Positions 41,056 to 53,400 of a DNA stretch of 64,000 nucleotides are shown in pieces (positions within the stretch are counted from its first letter, which is position 1; every line of letters starts with the position of its first letter). The notes beneath the pieces are model-generated. The model searched no databases and had not been told where the DNA came from. It worked only from the letters and a program-made list of their open reading frames with translations. The translations under genes were made by a program, and so were the position numbers. The stretch spans positions 352,836-416,835 of the forward strand of contig NMRA01000390.1 in assembly GCA_002633005.1 (NCBI GenBank), in the 5' to 3' direction. Source of the DNA: Phoronis australis (taxonomy: Eukaryota; Animalia; Phoronida).

Positions 41056-42167
41056 ATTAAATTTGACGGCGACAGGCCCTAAGAAGTATATACGCGACGG
41101 AAGTCGGAGGGAGTGAAATTAAGCCGACAGACTGACGTCACCATACCGATGAGCCGACGGATTGACGTCATCAAGGCCGCTACGAAACTGGCCACCCTCC
41201 CTCTTTTTGCGTGAAAAAACGGCCCGCGACAAAAATAGAACACCTCGAAACTAAATAGAGTGCCGGTGCGCTACCTGGACCAAGGAAGTGCCGAAACGGG
41301 CACATTGAAGGTCTGTAGTGAGAGCGGGGGGAGACGGAGTTTGTGTGAACGTTGCATTTTATATCATAGATATTTTAGGTTTTCAGTGTTTCGTTAGCCA
41401 ACGACGGTCCAGCAGACACATCAGTTCCCTCCCAGGCAAGGAATAAATATTCACACATGCTTTCCAGGGATTAACGATTAATGAACAAGAATGTTGGTAT
41501 GCGCCCTTCGAGTGCATTGCACATGGCAGATACCAGGGGTAATGATAACTCCAAATACCTACAACAAGGATCAGCGCTTGTAAACAAATTGCCTCTAGGA
41601 CACACATCATGATCTTTTAAGTACTCAGATGACCGACAGACAACAACTAGCTAGTACGGAAGAATCGTGTACAGAGAAACATCAATACATGCTTTAAAGC
41701 CTGATTTCGCTCGCGCAAGAAACTCGCACAATGTCTACTAGTACCCGGCGGGATTTTGTTTCGGTAGGTAGGCCTGCGCCACTTAATCTAACAACCCAAG
41801 TATTGTGTATTATTGCACGTAGAAAAAACATGAAAAATACACCCGAGACCGAAATCTTATATATTTGCGGACAAGTACACCTTTGCACAAGCGCATCTTC
41901 GGATCACTGCACCTTCGTACTGGTGAATCTTCGGACTGGTGTACGTTCGTACTAGTGCAACTTCGGACTAGTGCCATGTAACTGCAGAATCATATGGAGT
42001 GTTAACCCAGTGTTTAACGTGTTTGCTATTCGTCCTATGAGATCTTATATAATTTTAGAGATGCAAGTAAATGACGAGAAAAACAACAAATAATGAAGTG
42101 TTTGGCAATAGCAGAATCTAAATTTCTCACTTACAAATGATTGTTTCTGCACACACTGTACTACGGA

Positions 42168-43072
42168 CTACACGTGTTTTACCTTTTTTATAATTACATC
42201 AATACTTCTATCAATTATGTCTACCAAAGCACGGTACGTTTCCTTCTGAATCGACGTATTTCTGGTTATGCTTACTGGGATACCTCTAGAGACCTTCCTC
42301 ACTGCCTTTTCATAGACTTTTGGGTATATCAAGTCTTTCAGTATTGTCGCGTTGTTGTTGTTGCAATCGTTTGCGCTCGCATGCCGATAATTTGCTTCTG
42401 CCCGTCGCACGGAAGTGGCACCACCGCACTTCTCGACATTGTGTTGTCTTGTTGCTGGAGCCACACAGTTCAAAGCACGGTTGAGACGTTTCTCGCACAT
42501 ATTAGCAATGGCGTTGCATCCTGTCTTGTAATTGTCTCTGTGCAGATTTAGGGCACCACAAGCATTGTTTGTATCATTAGGATCACATTCGGCATTGCTT
42601 GAAGTATTTGATTCACGGCTTCGAGGTCCGGAGGGCCGGCAAGGTTTGCATGGACTACAAGGGCCACAACTATTGGAGCAGCGAGGAGCACAACTACCGC
42701 TACAGCGAGGACCACAGCCACTGCCGCAGCAAGATCCGCAACCACCGCCGCAGCGAGGACTCCGACCTTTCTTGCAACATGTGTTGTTTTCTTCGTCACC
42801 TGTCGCGATGTCTCCTACGTGTAGATGAACTGAGTTGTTAAATTTGTCCCTCGCGATATCTCGTCCGCACATCGCCGTGTCTCCGCCAGTACAACGCTCT
42901 CGATTCAACACCGTGACATCCTTGGTAGTGCAGGTGTCGCACACGGAGAATCTGCCGCACACGGGCCCACGGCACATGCGGCAACAACCGGGTAGACTCG
43001 TGTAGCTGCCTCTGCCAAGAAGCGGTCCACGCCCTCTTCCACCGGGACGCCTCATTTCTGGGCCAACACAAG
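42168..43072 (-). CDS. Paralogue C: Cys/Gly-rich exon; upstream basic exon not seen (possibly in the adjacent gap)
   Basis: Open frame of ~300 codons with candidate phase-1 acceptor cccaaag|CT at 43073/43072; a ~75-aa block is almost identical to paralogue B; C-terminal PKVY...DxID block shared with A. Confidence 0.8.
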
Positions 43073-43432
43073 CTTTGGGAAGATATAACGTGAATATCAG
43101 CTAGGTATTTCACGTAAATAGGCCTTCGGCCCACATTAAAGACATCTAATAAACAGAGAGTACATGGTATCCAAACCAACACTAATTTACATCAAGAAAC
43201 TCATTTCGACGTTTCTCAGCATTAATATAAATCGGTAAATAAAACAACAAGAATGGATCAACTGAAATTTGAAATTTTCGGATGTAACAACTTCCTTTAT
43301 CAACAAAAACAGAAATAAAGTAAAATCAAACACAAAATGACAATTGACATATAAGATATGGTGTAATGAAAATGATACATTTTTGCGTAAAAAATTCAAT
43401 GACATATTTTAAGAAGTTTTTATGTTCAATCC

Positions 43433-44373
43433 NNNNNNNNNNNNNNNNNNNNNNNNNNNNNNNNNNNNNNNNNNNNNNNNNNNNNNNNNNNNNNNNNNNN
43501 NNNNNNNNNNNNNNNNNNNNNNNNNNNNNNNNNNNNNNNNNNNNNNNNNNNNNNNNNNNNNNNNNNNNNNNNNNNNNNNNNNNNNNNNNNNNNNNNNNNN
43601 NNNNNNNNNNNNNNNNNNNNNNNNNNNNNNNNNNNNNNNNNNNNNNNNNNNNNNNNNNNNNNNNNNNNNNNNNNNNNNNNNNNNNNNNNNNNNNNNNNNN
43701 NNNNNNNNNNNNNNNNNNNNNNNNNNNNNNNNNNNNNNNNNNNNNNNNNNNNNNNNNNNNNNNNNNNNNNNNNNNNNNNNNNNNNNNNNNNNNNNNNNNN
43801 NNNNNNNNNNNNNNNNNNNNNNNNNNNNNNNNNNNNNNNNNNNNNNNNNNNNNNNNNNNNNNNNNNNNNNNNNNNNNNNNNNNNNNNNNNNNNNNNNNNN
43901 NNNNNNNNNNNNNNNNNNNNNNNNNNNNNNNNNNNNNNNNNNNNNNNNNNNNNNNNNNNNNNNNNNNNNNNNNNNNNNNNNNNNNNNNNNNNNNNNNNNN
44001 NNNNNNNNNNNNNNNNNNNNNNNNNNNNNNNNNNNNNNNNNNNNNNNNNNNNNNNNNNNNNNNNNNNNNNNNNNNNNNNNNNNNNNNNNNNNNNNNNNNN
44101 NNNNNNNNNNNNNNNNNNNNNNNNNNNNNNNNNNNNNNNNNNNNNNNNNNNNNNNNNNNNNNNNNNNNNNNNNNNNNNNNNNNNNNNNNNNNNNNNNNNN
44201 NNNNNNNNNNNNNNNNNNNNNNNNNNNNNNNNNNNNNNNNNNNNNNNNNNNNNNNNNNNNNNNNNNNNNNNNNNNNNNNNNNNNNNNNNNNNNNNNNNNN
44301 NNNNNNNNNNNNNNNNNNNNNNNNNNNNNNNNNNNNNNNNNNNNNNNNNNNNNNNNNNNNNNNNNNNNNNNNN
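43433..44373. other. Assembly gap (N run)
   Basis: Continuous n bases. Confidence 1.
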
Positions 44374-44374
44374 G

Positions 44375-46330
44375 CCAATTTGGATTCATGCCTGGTAACA
44401 GCACTGTGTCGCAACTTACAGAAATTGTACACGACATCCACCTCCAGTTTGAGCAAGGGTACAACGTGAGATCCGTATTTTTAGACATTGCGTCAGCTTT
44501 TGATGTCGTTCCCCATGACCTGCTTCTACATAAATTACAATCTTACGATTTCTCAGGCACTCTCCTCTTACTTTTAAAATCATATCTGGAAAATCGAACT
44601 TACAAAGTCCGAATTGAGGGTGTCTTATCACCTTCATCAACGCCAGGTTTCGTAAATGCTGGAGTACCACAGGGTAACGTACTAGGCCCCTTACTCTTTT
44701 TACTGTATATCAATGATCTTCCAGACACGATAAGCTCTAAAACATTCTTATATGCTGATGACACTGCAATTTTCCACCCATTCTCGAAAGAGCATCCCCA
44801 TGACTCCTTCCAATTGCAAACTGACCTTAACAAATTCTATGACTGGTCTCACAAATGGAAGATGAAATTTAAACCTGAAAAAAGTGTTGATCTTATATTT
44901 TCTAAGTCTAATAAAACTCATTTCCAAACAAATCCAACACTGGAATTATCACTCAATGGGTAAGTTATCCCCAATAAGTTCACGCACAAACATCTTGGCT
45001 TGCTACTCGACCATAAGCTTGCATTTACTCCACATTGTCGCGAACTCGTTCAAAAAGTACAAAAATTAATTAATCTAATTAGAATTATCTCTCGTCATCT
45101 CAACTCCATGCATCTCGAAACTCTGTTCAAGTCTTTTGTACTTCCACATCGAGATTACTGTGACATAATCTACCAATCGGCAAACGCTGGCATACTTCTT
45201 CAATTAGAAAGACAACAATACCAAGCAGCTTTAGCCGTAACCGGGGCATACAAAGGGTCCAACACAATCAAGGTTCTAAATAGTCTTCACTGGAGCAAAC
45301 TAGCATCCCGTCGTAAACTCCACCTGTCCATGTATACATTCAAAGTCTTAACCAACATAAACAATTACTTCAACAAAATCCTCTTTGACTCCTACAAAAG
45401 ACCAAGCACGAGACCAGAGCCCGGTCACCAATCTTTTTACTCGAAATGAAACTCGAAATTAGGTTTGGCATTTTCTACTCTACTTTTGGGAAAACTCAAG
45501 ATAAGTGTCTATTATTCTATGCTCGAGTACACAATAACTTACGTAGATAATTTATTGCCCTTAGTTCACAGTTTGTAAACCCAATATTAAAGCAATAAGT
45601 TAGAGTTTGAACTCGAAATTTTGAGTTTTTACTCGAGTTTGTAGCACGAATATAAGGGTCTTCAAGGGCAAACTTGAACAAGAAACTCTTATGCATAAAC
45701 TATAATGTATTTGAGCACCGTCTGATAACCAATTATCTTAAGTTCGCACAAAAGGAGCAGAGAAATTGCCAAAAATAGTTTCGAGTCCGTTTCGAGTACA
45801 AAGATTAGAGACCGGGCCCTGGACTACGGCAAAGCAATATGTATACTATTTCAGCCTCCATCAGCCAAGCCTTCAGAAGATCAACAATATTAAATTGTAT
45901 TGACAACTGGAATTCCTTACCATTCAAAATAAAAGAAAGCACTTCAATCGTCACTCTCAAAAATAACTTTAAAATGCATACCACTACTCCAGACTTGCCA
46001 GTCCCATTGACATCATTCCAACTTCCCCGCAACCATGAAATAACCCTATACAGATCACGATGTGGTCTATTCCTAAACAACGACAAATTTAGACATGATT
46101 TTAATAATATTTTGCCTCTGTGTTCCTGTGGAGATACCCAGACATATACTCATGTTTTCTTTGCTTGTGAGGTATGCAAGGAGTAGAGGGTACAGCTCTT
46201 CCAGGCACTCGAACAATACCCCAATGTTTATAAAAAATATTCTGAAATTCCGCAATTGTACAACAAAATTAATTTCTTTCTATATGGATGTCAAGAACTT
46301 AAATCAAACTAAAATAAGGTTTTATTTGAA
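44375..46330 (+). mobile_element. CR1/L2-type LINE ORF2 (reverse transcriptase) pseudogene, interrupted by a stop at ~44961 and by a MITE
   Basis: [55 protein letters not shown] and a terminal CSCGDTQTYTHVFFAC knuckle. Confidence 0.92.
45421..45815. mobile_element. MITE inserted in the LINE
   Basis: TIRs ccggtcaccaatctttttactcgaaa / tttcgagtacaaagattagagaccgg; LINE coding sequence resumes immediately after. Confidence 0.8.
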
Positions 46331-46901
46331 ATAGTATCAGAATTTCTTTATAACATTAAATCTCTTTGTGTGAGTGGATAGAATTTTATACATCTGTATG
46401 AAAACGAATTATTTTCATTCGTTTTCATATATCATTGTATTCTTAACATCATTTTTTTATTTATTTATTCGTATATAATCATTGTATATAGACTTCTTTG
46501 TATTTTTTTACCCAGATCTAATGCCTCTTGGCGCTTTCTGAGTTATGTATGTTCATTGTATTCTGAAGATTTCGTAGTAAACATTAACAAAATGAAAAAT
46601 ACGTCTGGGATAATCAACGAACCAGATTTTTACTAAAATGACATGAAAAAGTTGCTCTCTCCTTTAACCAGCATTTAAAAATTCTCAATAGTAAAAGTAC
46701 CTACATCGTCACTCTACTAAGCTCTCTTCTCACTGCAACGTTTGAAACATACTGTCCAAGTTGTATTAAGAACTAATAAGAATTATTGTGCACTATTTCA
46801 ATGTCTTGTGCAGGATGAAATCCTCAAATCTCAGAACCATACAACATAATCGGCAAAATAGGGCTGCGCGGGTTATTTTGGAAGCCGGTGTTAGAGATAT
46901 T

Positions 46902-47164
46902 CAGTGGCGGATCTAGGATATCATAACGGTAGCCCAACATTTTATCTCGTAGATAATCGCGCAAGGCGCTATTGTAGAGGTAGCGCCGAAGGAGGGAAAA
47001 TTTGTTTTTGCCTCTGAGCATTTTCCTTGATTTCTGATGTACAGTCAGCCCTCAACGGTTCTAATTTGGCCCGGTAATTCAAAAATGAAATACTCGTAAA
47101 ATGCCAATGATTCAAGCTCACTACTTATAGATCAGAGCACGGGTGATCCTGGATTGCGCCACTA
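46902..47164. mobile_element. MITE-like element beginning CAGTGGCGGATCTAGGATATC; same start at 63556
   Basis: Left end cagtggcggatctaggat, imperfect right end atcctggattgcgccacta; identical left end at 63556. Confidence 0.55.
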
Positions 47165-47869
47165 CGTTTTCTGCTACAGCACCGTGCTAAGAGACATGCT
47201 GTCTTGCGTGTGGTCCACAGCGTTCACGCGTAATCTGCTTCGTTCCGAAATGTTTATTTCACGCTTTATATTTTGTGCAACTAGTTGGAAGCAAAAGCTG
47301 CGTTTATAACAGTCTCCAGTTGCCCAAAACACGTAATCCGTTTTTTGTGTAGGCATTAACCACGCGCTTGCTTTGTAAATCGTCTTAATTTCAATGTTTG
47401 ACAAAGAAAAGTCTATGAGTTTCTGAGTGATTCACTAAGGCTTCGATTAAAATTTACATGTTGCCAACAGCTTCGTTGTCTTCATAGTCACCCATTGGTT
47501 TGAAAAAATGAAGCAATTTTCTTCATTGCGCAGTAGAGCGAGACTACGGAAACGAGGTGGTAAATGTAGTGAGCTGCGCCACTGTCGGTCACCTGGGATA
47601 TCACGTGCGTGTCGACTGGTAGTCTGAGTCGGGCACTAGAAATGGGAACTGAGCACCCCCCACAAGCACACACAGACTAATACTCTACACACTGTCAAAT
47701 CTTGTTTCGTTCGTGTAATGTTAATTGACGTGGTTAATTATTAAGCTCGATATTTCCTCACTCATGCTTTATTTTTTTTCGGCCCCCAAGGCCCCGCTAA
47801 ATCCGCCTATGACTATTGTTTTTGAAAACCTCCATATGGAGGTGGCAATAATGAAAATACAAGCAAGCT

Positions 47870-48550
47870 AGAGTTGCAAGTAAATTCCTATTAGCATGTT
47901 GTGTGTACATAAAATGTTTTGACGTCTAGTACAAACATACTTAAGTGTTAAGTTCACGATGACTGCTAATCGATATGGCACAAGGGCCTCACAGTCATCC
48001 AATTTCAAATTGTCGAAAACCAGAAATGAAACTGGTAAAAAATCATACATACATTGGGAATTATCAATGAAACATTCTCCTTTCCTATGCCAAATCTGCA
48101 TCATCCTTAATACATTTTTTAAAAACGAATTATCAGACGTCAATGGAACTAGAAGTGTTCTGTGTAGCAAATATCATGCCTTTAAGATCATCAGACTAAT
48201 CTATATGTACATCTATGTATATATTTTATTCACATACAAGTATAGACATGATATCTTGTACTTCTAATAACTAATATTTTGTTATTTATTTACTAATTAT
48301 TTTTATTTAATCATGTTGTCTTATTCTTTTAGTATCTTCTGTTCATTGTTTGTTTATTATTTATTTGTTTCGTCAGTCTCTCCATGTCAGTTTCATGTCC
48401 ATCATGATGATTTAAGTCTTTCATGTTTGCAAGTCAGTCTGTGTGTCTTACTGGTTTTGTAGGTTTTATTGAGGGCCCCCATGGAAAGCAGTGGAAACTG
48501 ATGAGTTATCCTCAATTTAAATATCGCAATAAACGAAGAAATAAATAAAC
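47870..48550 (+). mobile_element. 3' end fragment of a CR1/L2-type LINE
   Basis: YGTRASQSSNFKLSKTRNETGKKSY resembles the ORF2 C-terminus; AT-rich UTR and aataaa-type tail. Confidence 0.55.
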
Positions 48551-48639
48551 ATTTTTTAATCAAACAATGTTAACCACATTTGTACAGGAACGTCATTGTA
48601 TTTACACATGCGCTTTCTCAGTACATTATCAGTACATTG

Positions 48640-48649
48640 TCATCATCAA

Positions 48650-48687
<38 letters not shown>

Positions 48688-48712
48688 CCACCATCATCAT
48701 CAACATCATCAT
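48640..48712. repeat. (ATC)n microsatellite
   Basis: Imperfect catcatcat run. Confidence 0.95.
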
Positions 48713-49313
48713 CAGTTTTGTTTTTAAGCTTTTGTCATTTATAACACAGTTATCATTATTATCATTATGAGTAAAACAACAATACCAATAATTATAATAT
48801 AACAATAATGATATTTTCTTGTCATGTATACACGTTTTCAGGACTTCGGCACCTTCGTGCGAACAAATATATTTTTCAAGAACATCTTGAGTCAAATGCG
48901 TTACGCCGTTGCCGAAAAAACCTCCGGCAAGTAAGCGCATACCCCTAATTGTGAAGCTGCGTCTAATTGTTGAGCTCAAAGGCGAAGGCAAACTTTTTCC
49001 ATGTCATTTTGAGCTAAAATATGGTGGGTTGGTTATCCTAGACATATTTTCCACTTAACTACAGCTTTTCGTAATTTTATTAATTACTTGTCCGCTACTC
49101 CGGAAGTGACGTTTTAGGAGGCAAGCGTTTCCCGCCACTTGGTTTTGCGTTGACTTTACCGTGCGAATCTGTTCTATTCTACTTTTGTTTTGTGCTGTTT
49201 TTCAACAATTGTCGCCACCACTTTCCATCGGCGAGTATTCTGCGGCAAGATAGGTTAGTAGAGAACTCAACTACGTTGGATTTAGGGATTGTTTAGTGTG
49301 TTGTAAGCTGAAA

Positions 49314-49600
49314 ATGGCTGGAGTCGGTGACCCGTATCACAGTGACAGTAGTGTGAGTGACGGAGACCTTGTTCACAGCAGTGGTGACGAGGAATTTTTT
49401 CACGGACATTCAGTGGGTGGGTACATGTTTGAGCCCGAGTATAACGAGGCAGAGTACGCACAGGCACAGGCAGCTGTTGAGAGAAACGAGGCGGCTACTG
49501 AGGACAGACGTGGTGACACATCTTGGTGCAAATGCACTGTGTGCGTTGTTATGCCTACCTCAATGGAATGCTTGTGCTGTTCAGAGTTCGACGAGGCCAA
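49314..49600 (+). pseudogene. KolX-like (P2X7 ballast-like) N-terminal fragment of a Kolobok transposon
   Basis: YMFEPE...RRGDTSWCKCTVCVVMPTSMECLCCSE motif; truncated where it meets the opposite-strand transposase. Confidence 0.75.
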
Positions 49601-50397
49601 GCCACTACTGGACATGGTTAAGTGGACTTCCGGCATACCACGGACAGGGGAACAACTGTCCCACTTGCCAGAGTGTCCCGCGACACACTCCCACTGGATG
49701 GTGACCTGAGCACCAAAACTGCTTACATCGTGTCGTGTGACTCCCTCGCCACACACCTGGCACCTTCTAAACAGACAAGTCCACAATAAACTTATCAAAG
49801 TTTGGCTCACCGATCTGTTCACTGAACGACAAACTCCTCTTCACTGGGTGTCGAACTGGGCCTGTAATCACTCCCACTACTCAATATCGCTGTAGGGCTG
49901 CTTAGAGGCTCTGGGCTGGAGAAAACAGCACAAGGCGAATCACTACTGGTTCCAGGAATTGCACGCTCTGGGGTACCTTCGGAGGCACGGGTGACAGTAC
50001 ATGTAGATGAAGTGCCTCCACTGGCTCCAGTCACTGTATTGGCCACAGCTCGCGAGGCTTCTCGCTTCAAAAACGCACTTCTCGGGGGTGGCGACGGGGC
50101 ACTGCCGGGAATCCACACAGACGGAACGGCATCCTTTTTCAGGCGTTGTTTCGCAGGGACCTTCATCATTTCAGCGTACAAATCCCTTTCGTAACCGGAG
50201 GGCAGAAAGTGCTTGCCACACACACGGTAATTCTCCACTGCTTTGTACGTTGCGTGGACGGGTAACGCTGCGTTCTTCACACGAACGAGCTAAGTACGGC
50301 GAAGTGTGTCATCCATCGGAAAGCGATGCAAAGGCACTCCCAAAGCGCGCGTGACCCGATAATTAGTACATTCCGGTACGAAGCAACAGTGTGGCAT
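49600..50397 (-). pseudogene. THAP-domain transposase N-terminus of a Kolobok transposon, inactivated
   Basis: MPHCCFVPECTN...LHRFP...T*LVRV...RVCGKHF...LKKDAVPSV (THAP; conserved Trp is TAG at 50292-50290), then frameshifted DKFIVD, LFRRCQVCG...WECVAGHSGKWDS..P...MP. Confidence 0.8.
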
Positions 50398-50449
50398 GTT
50401 GACTGACTAGTAAATGAAAGCAAACGACGACGAAATTTAACACAACCGA

Positions 50450-53400
50450 CGCCACTATTGGTTTCCGGTTTATTATTTTACGCGAGTCATTCGTTTGACT
50501 ATTTTTGTTAGTCCTTCCGGTTTCGCCATTTGCGATAAATAAACACAAGTATTTTGAGTTCACACATTTACTCTCATTTTACTGGCGTGGCGGCAGCGTG
50601 TTCTTAACGAACCATGGCTAAGGCACCCAAGCAGTGGTGTCTGACGAAATCCGAAACTATAAACTCCTTCGACAATTGGAGACATAATATAACCTATGTT
50701 TTATCGCTGGACGCTAACTTTGCTGACTTTTTGCAAGGCGATTTTACTTGGGACAAGGCAAAGGTTCCTCTACGAGGGTTGTTCAATGACCCGGACACTG
50801 TTCCTGAGGCGCGGCGCCGAACTGCCGCCCAAAAACTAACTCATCTGAACTTAATGTTGGGACAAATCGCGAATTTTTGTCCAGTTATTTCACGTAACAC
50901 CATCATTAAGCAGTCAACATCGCTTGCCTCTATCTGGCAAACCATACGTGCTCACTATGGGTTCCAAACCTCGGGTGGACACTTTTTGGACTTTGCTGAA
51001 ATACGCCTTCTTCCCGATGAGCGTCCGGAGGACTTATACCAACGCATTATGGCATTTATTGAGGACAATCTTCTTGGTCCTGACAATACTATACTACACC
51101 ATGGGTTACCCATCACTGACGAAGACGAAATGTCTCCCACCCTTGAAAACCTAGCTGTCCTGACGTGGCTCCGCCTCGTAAACCCCGGACTTCCACGTCT
51201 CGTACAACAGCGTTATGGTCCCGAGCTGAGATCCAAGACCCTGGCTTCTATCAAACCTGACATCTCCCAGTCTCTACAGGCTCTACTTGACGAACTCCAG
51301 TCATTAGAAGACGCCAAAGTCATGAGATCGGCCTCTGCTCCCCGTCGTACCCCATCTCTTCCCAGCCGTCGACCAACCAAGAGTTGCGCTCTTTGTAAAC
51401 AGGCCCGCCGGTCGCAGTTCGATCATTACCTGTCCCAGTGCCCGTTTCTGCCTGCGGAAGACAAGCGTTACTTCTCGAAGGTACGATCATCTGAGGTCGA
51501 CGATCCCGAAGACTCTACAGATCTGTTTGATGTAACTCCCCCTGTGGACCCAGTTGTTCATCGTGTTCACATTGTCCAGTCCCCATTTCTCGATGCCTTT
51601 TGTAATGGCCATAGTGTACGTTTGACCCTTGACTGCGGTGCCACAGGCAACATGATTCGTGAGTCTTGTGCCAAGTCCCTTGGTGCGGTTATTGCCCCCA
51701 ACACTCAGTTTGCATATCAGGCGGATGGTGTATCCCCCCTTAACGTTATTGGTGAAACCAAGATTTTGTTCACCCGTGACTGCCACACTCTTACCTTTGA
51801 GGGATTGGTAATCAAGACGTTGGATGTCGATGTTCTCGCAGCCACCCCGTTCATGGTGAAGAATGATATCTCTGTTCGACCAATCAAGAAAGAAGTCAGA
51901 GTTGGTGATGACAGTGTGTACCTTTACAACCATACTCAGCCACGACCAAAGCAGACTCTCGTCCGTCGTACTCATGTCTTGCGTTCCCCTCCTCAGCCTA
52001 CTGTTGTTTGGCCAGGAGAAACCCTTGACCTTGATGTGCCTGCCGAACTAGTTGGTCAAGATTACGAAATTGCCATTGAGCCCAGATCCGATTCACCGAG
52101 TGCTCGTCGGTGCAGTGCCAAAGAGTTGTGGCCACAACCTCAGATCTTGAAACCTAATGGCGGTAAGATCAGCATCATCAACGACTCGTCTGATCCCAAA
52201 TTCCTCCGTAAAGAAGAGCAGTTTTGTCAGATCCATCACGTTTTTGCACCTGAGCCCAAAGCTGACTCCCAGCCTATGACCCCACCTGAACAGAAGATTG
52301 AACACCAAAGATACGCTTCTGTGGATCCTGATGGCATCTTACCTAAAGCCACACGTGAAGCATTTGAACGCCTCCACGAGCATTTTGCTTCCATGTTTTC
52401 TCCGACATTTCCCGGATACAATGGCGCAGCCGGCCCTTTCAAGGGGTCCGTTAACATGGGCCCTACTCAACCACCTCAGCGTAAGGGTCGTCTCCCTTTG
52501 TACTCGCCATCGAAGCTCAACGAACTTCAGCAAAAGTTCCACGAACTCGAGGCCCTAGGAGTGTTTGTGCGACCAGAAGACGTTGGAGTGAAAGTCGAGT
52601 ATCTCAACCCGTCCTTTTTGGTTAAGAAACTTAACGGTGGTTTCCGTCTTGTGACTGCCTTCTCGGATGTGGGAAGGTATGCTAAGCCGCAACCATCACT
52701 TATGCCAGACGTTGATTCTGTTCTACGTAAAATAGCCCAGTGGAAGTTTCTTGCTAAGACAGACCTAACTAATGCCTTCTACCAGATCCCTCTTTCACGC
52801 GAGTCTATGAAATATTGTGGCGTGGCTACCCCCTTCCACGGGGTACGTGTCTACGCTCGCTGTGCTATGGGAATGCCTGGGTCGGAGACTGCCTTAGAGG
52901 AACTCACCTCCCGTGTTCTTGGACACCTCCTTGAGGAAGGCATCGTAACCAAGCTTGCAGATGATCTGTATTGCGGTGGTCAAACACCCTCAGAGTTGTT
53001 GGCCAACTGGGAACGTGTTCTTGCAGCACTAGCAAAGTGTGATCTTCATTTATCTGCTACCAAGACCGTTATCGCCCCGAAGCGAACCACCATACTGGGA
53101 TGGATTTGGGACTCTGGTACGCTCCAAGCTAGCACCCACAGAGTTGCCGCATTGGCTTCATGTGCCAAGCCCACAACTGTGCGTCAGATGCGATCCTTCA
53201 TTGGTGCTTATAAAGTACTGGCCCGTGTTATTCCTCATTGTTCTAAGTATTTGTCTCCACTTGATGATGCGATTTCCGGCCAAGACTCCAAAGATAAGAT
53301 ATCATGGTCTGATGAATTGTCTGCAGCTTTTACTTCCGCGCAGAGTGCCCTGTCCACGAACAAGATCATCACCCTCCCTCTTCCCGACGATCACATTTGG

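Noticed and set aside
43326-44488. Long ORFs spanning X residues
   Set aside because: Artefacts of translating the N gap.
48567-48991. Poly-Ile and poly-Met ORFs
   Set aside because: Translation of an (ATC)n microsatellite.
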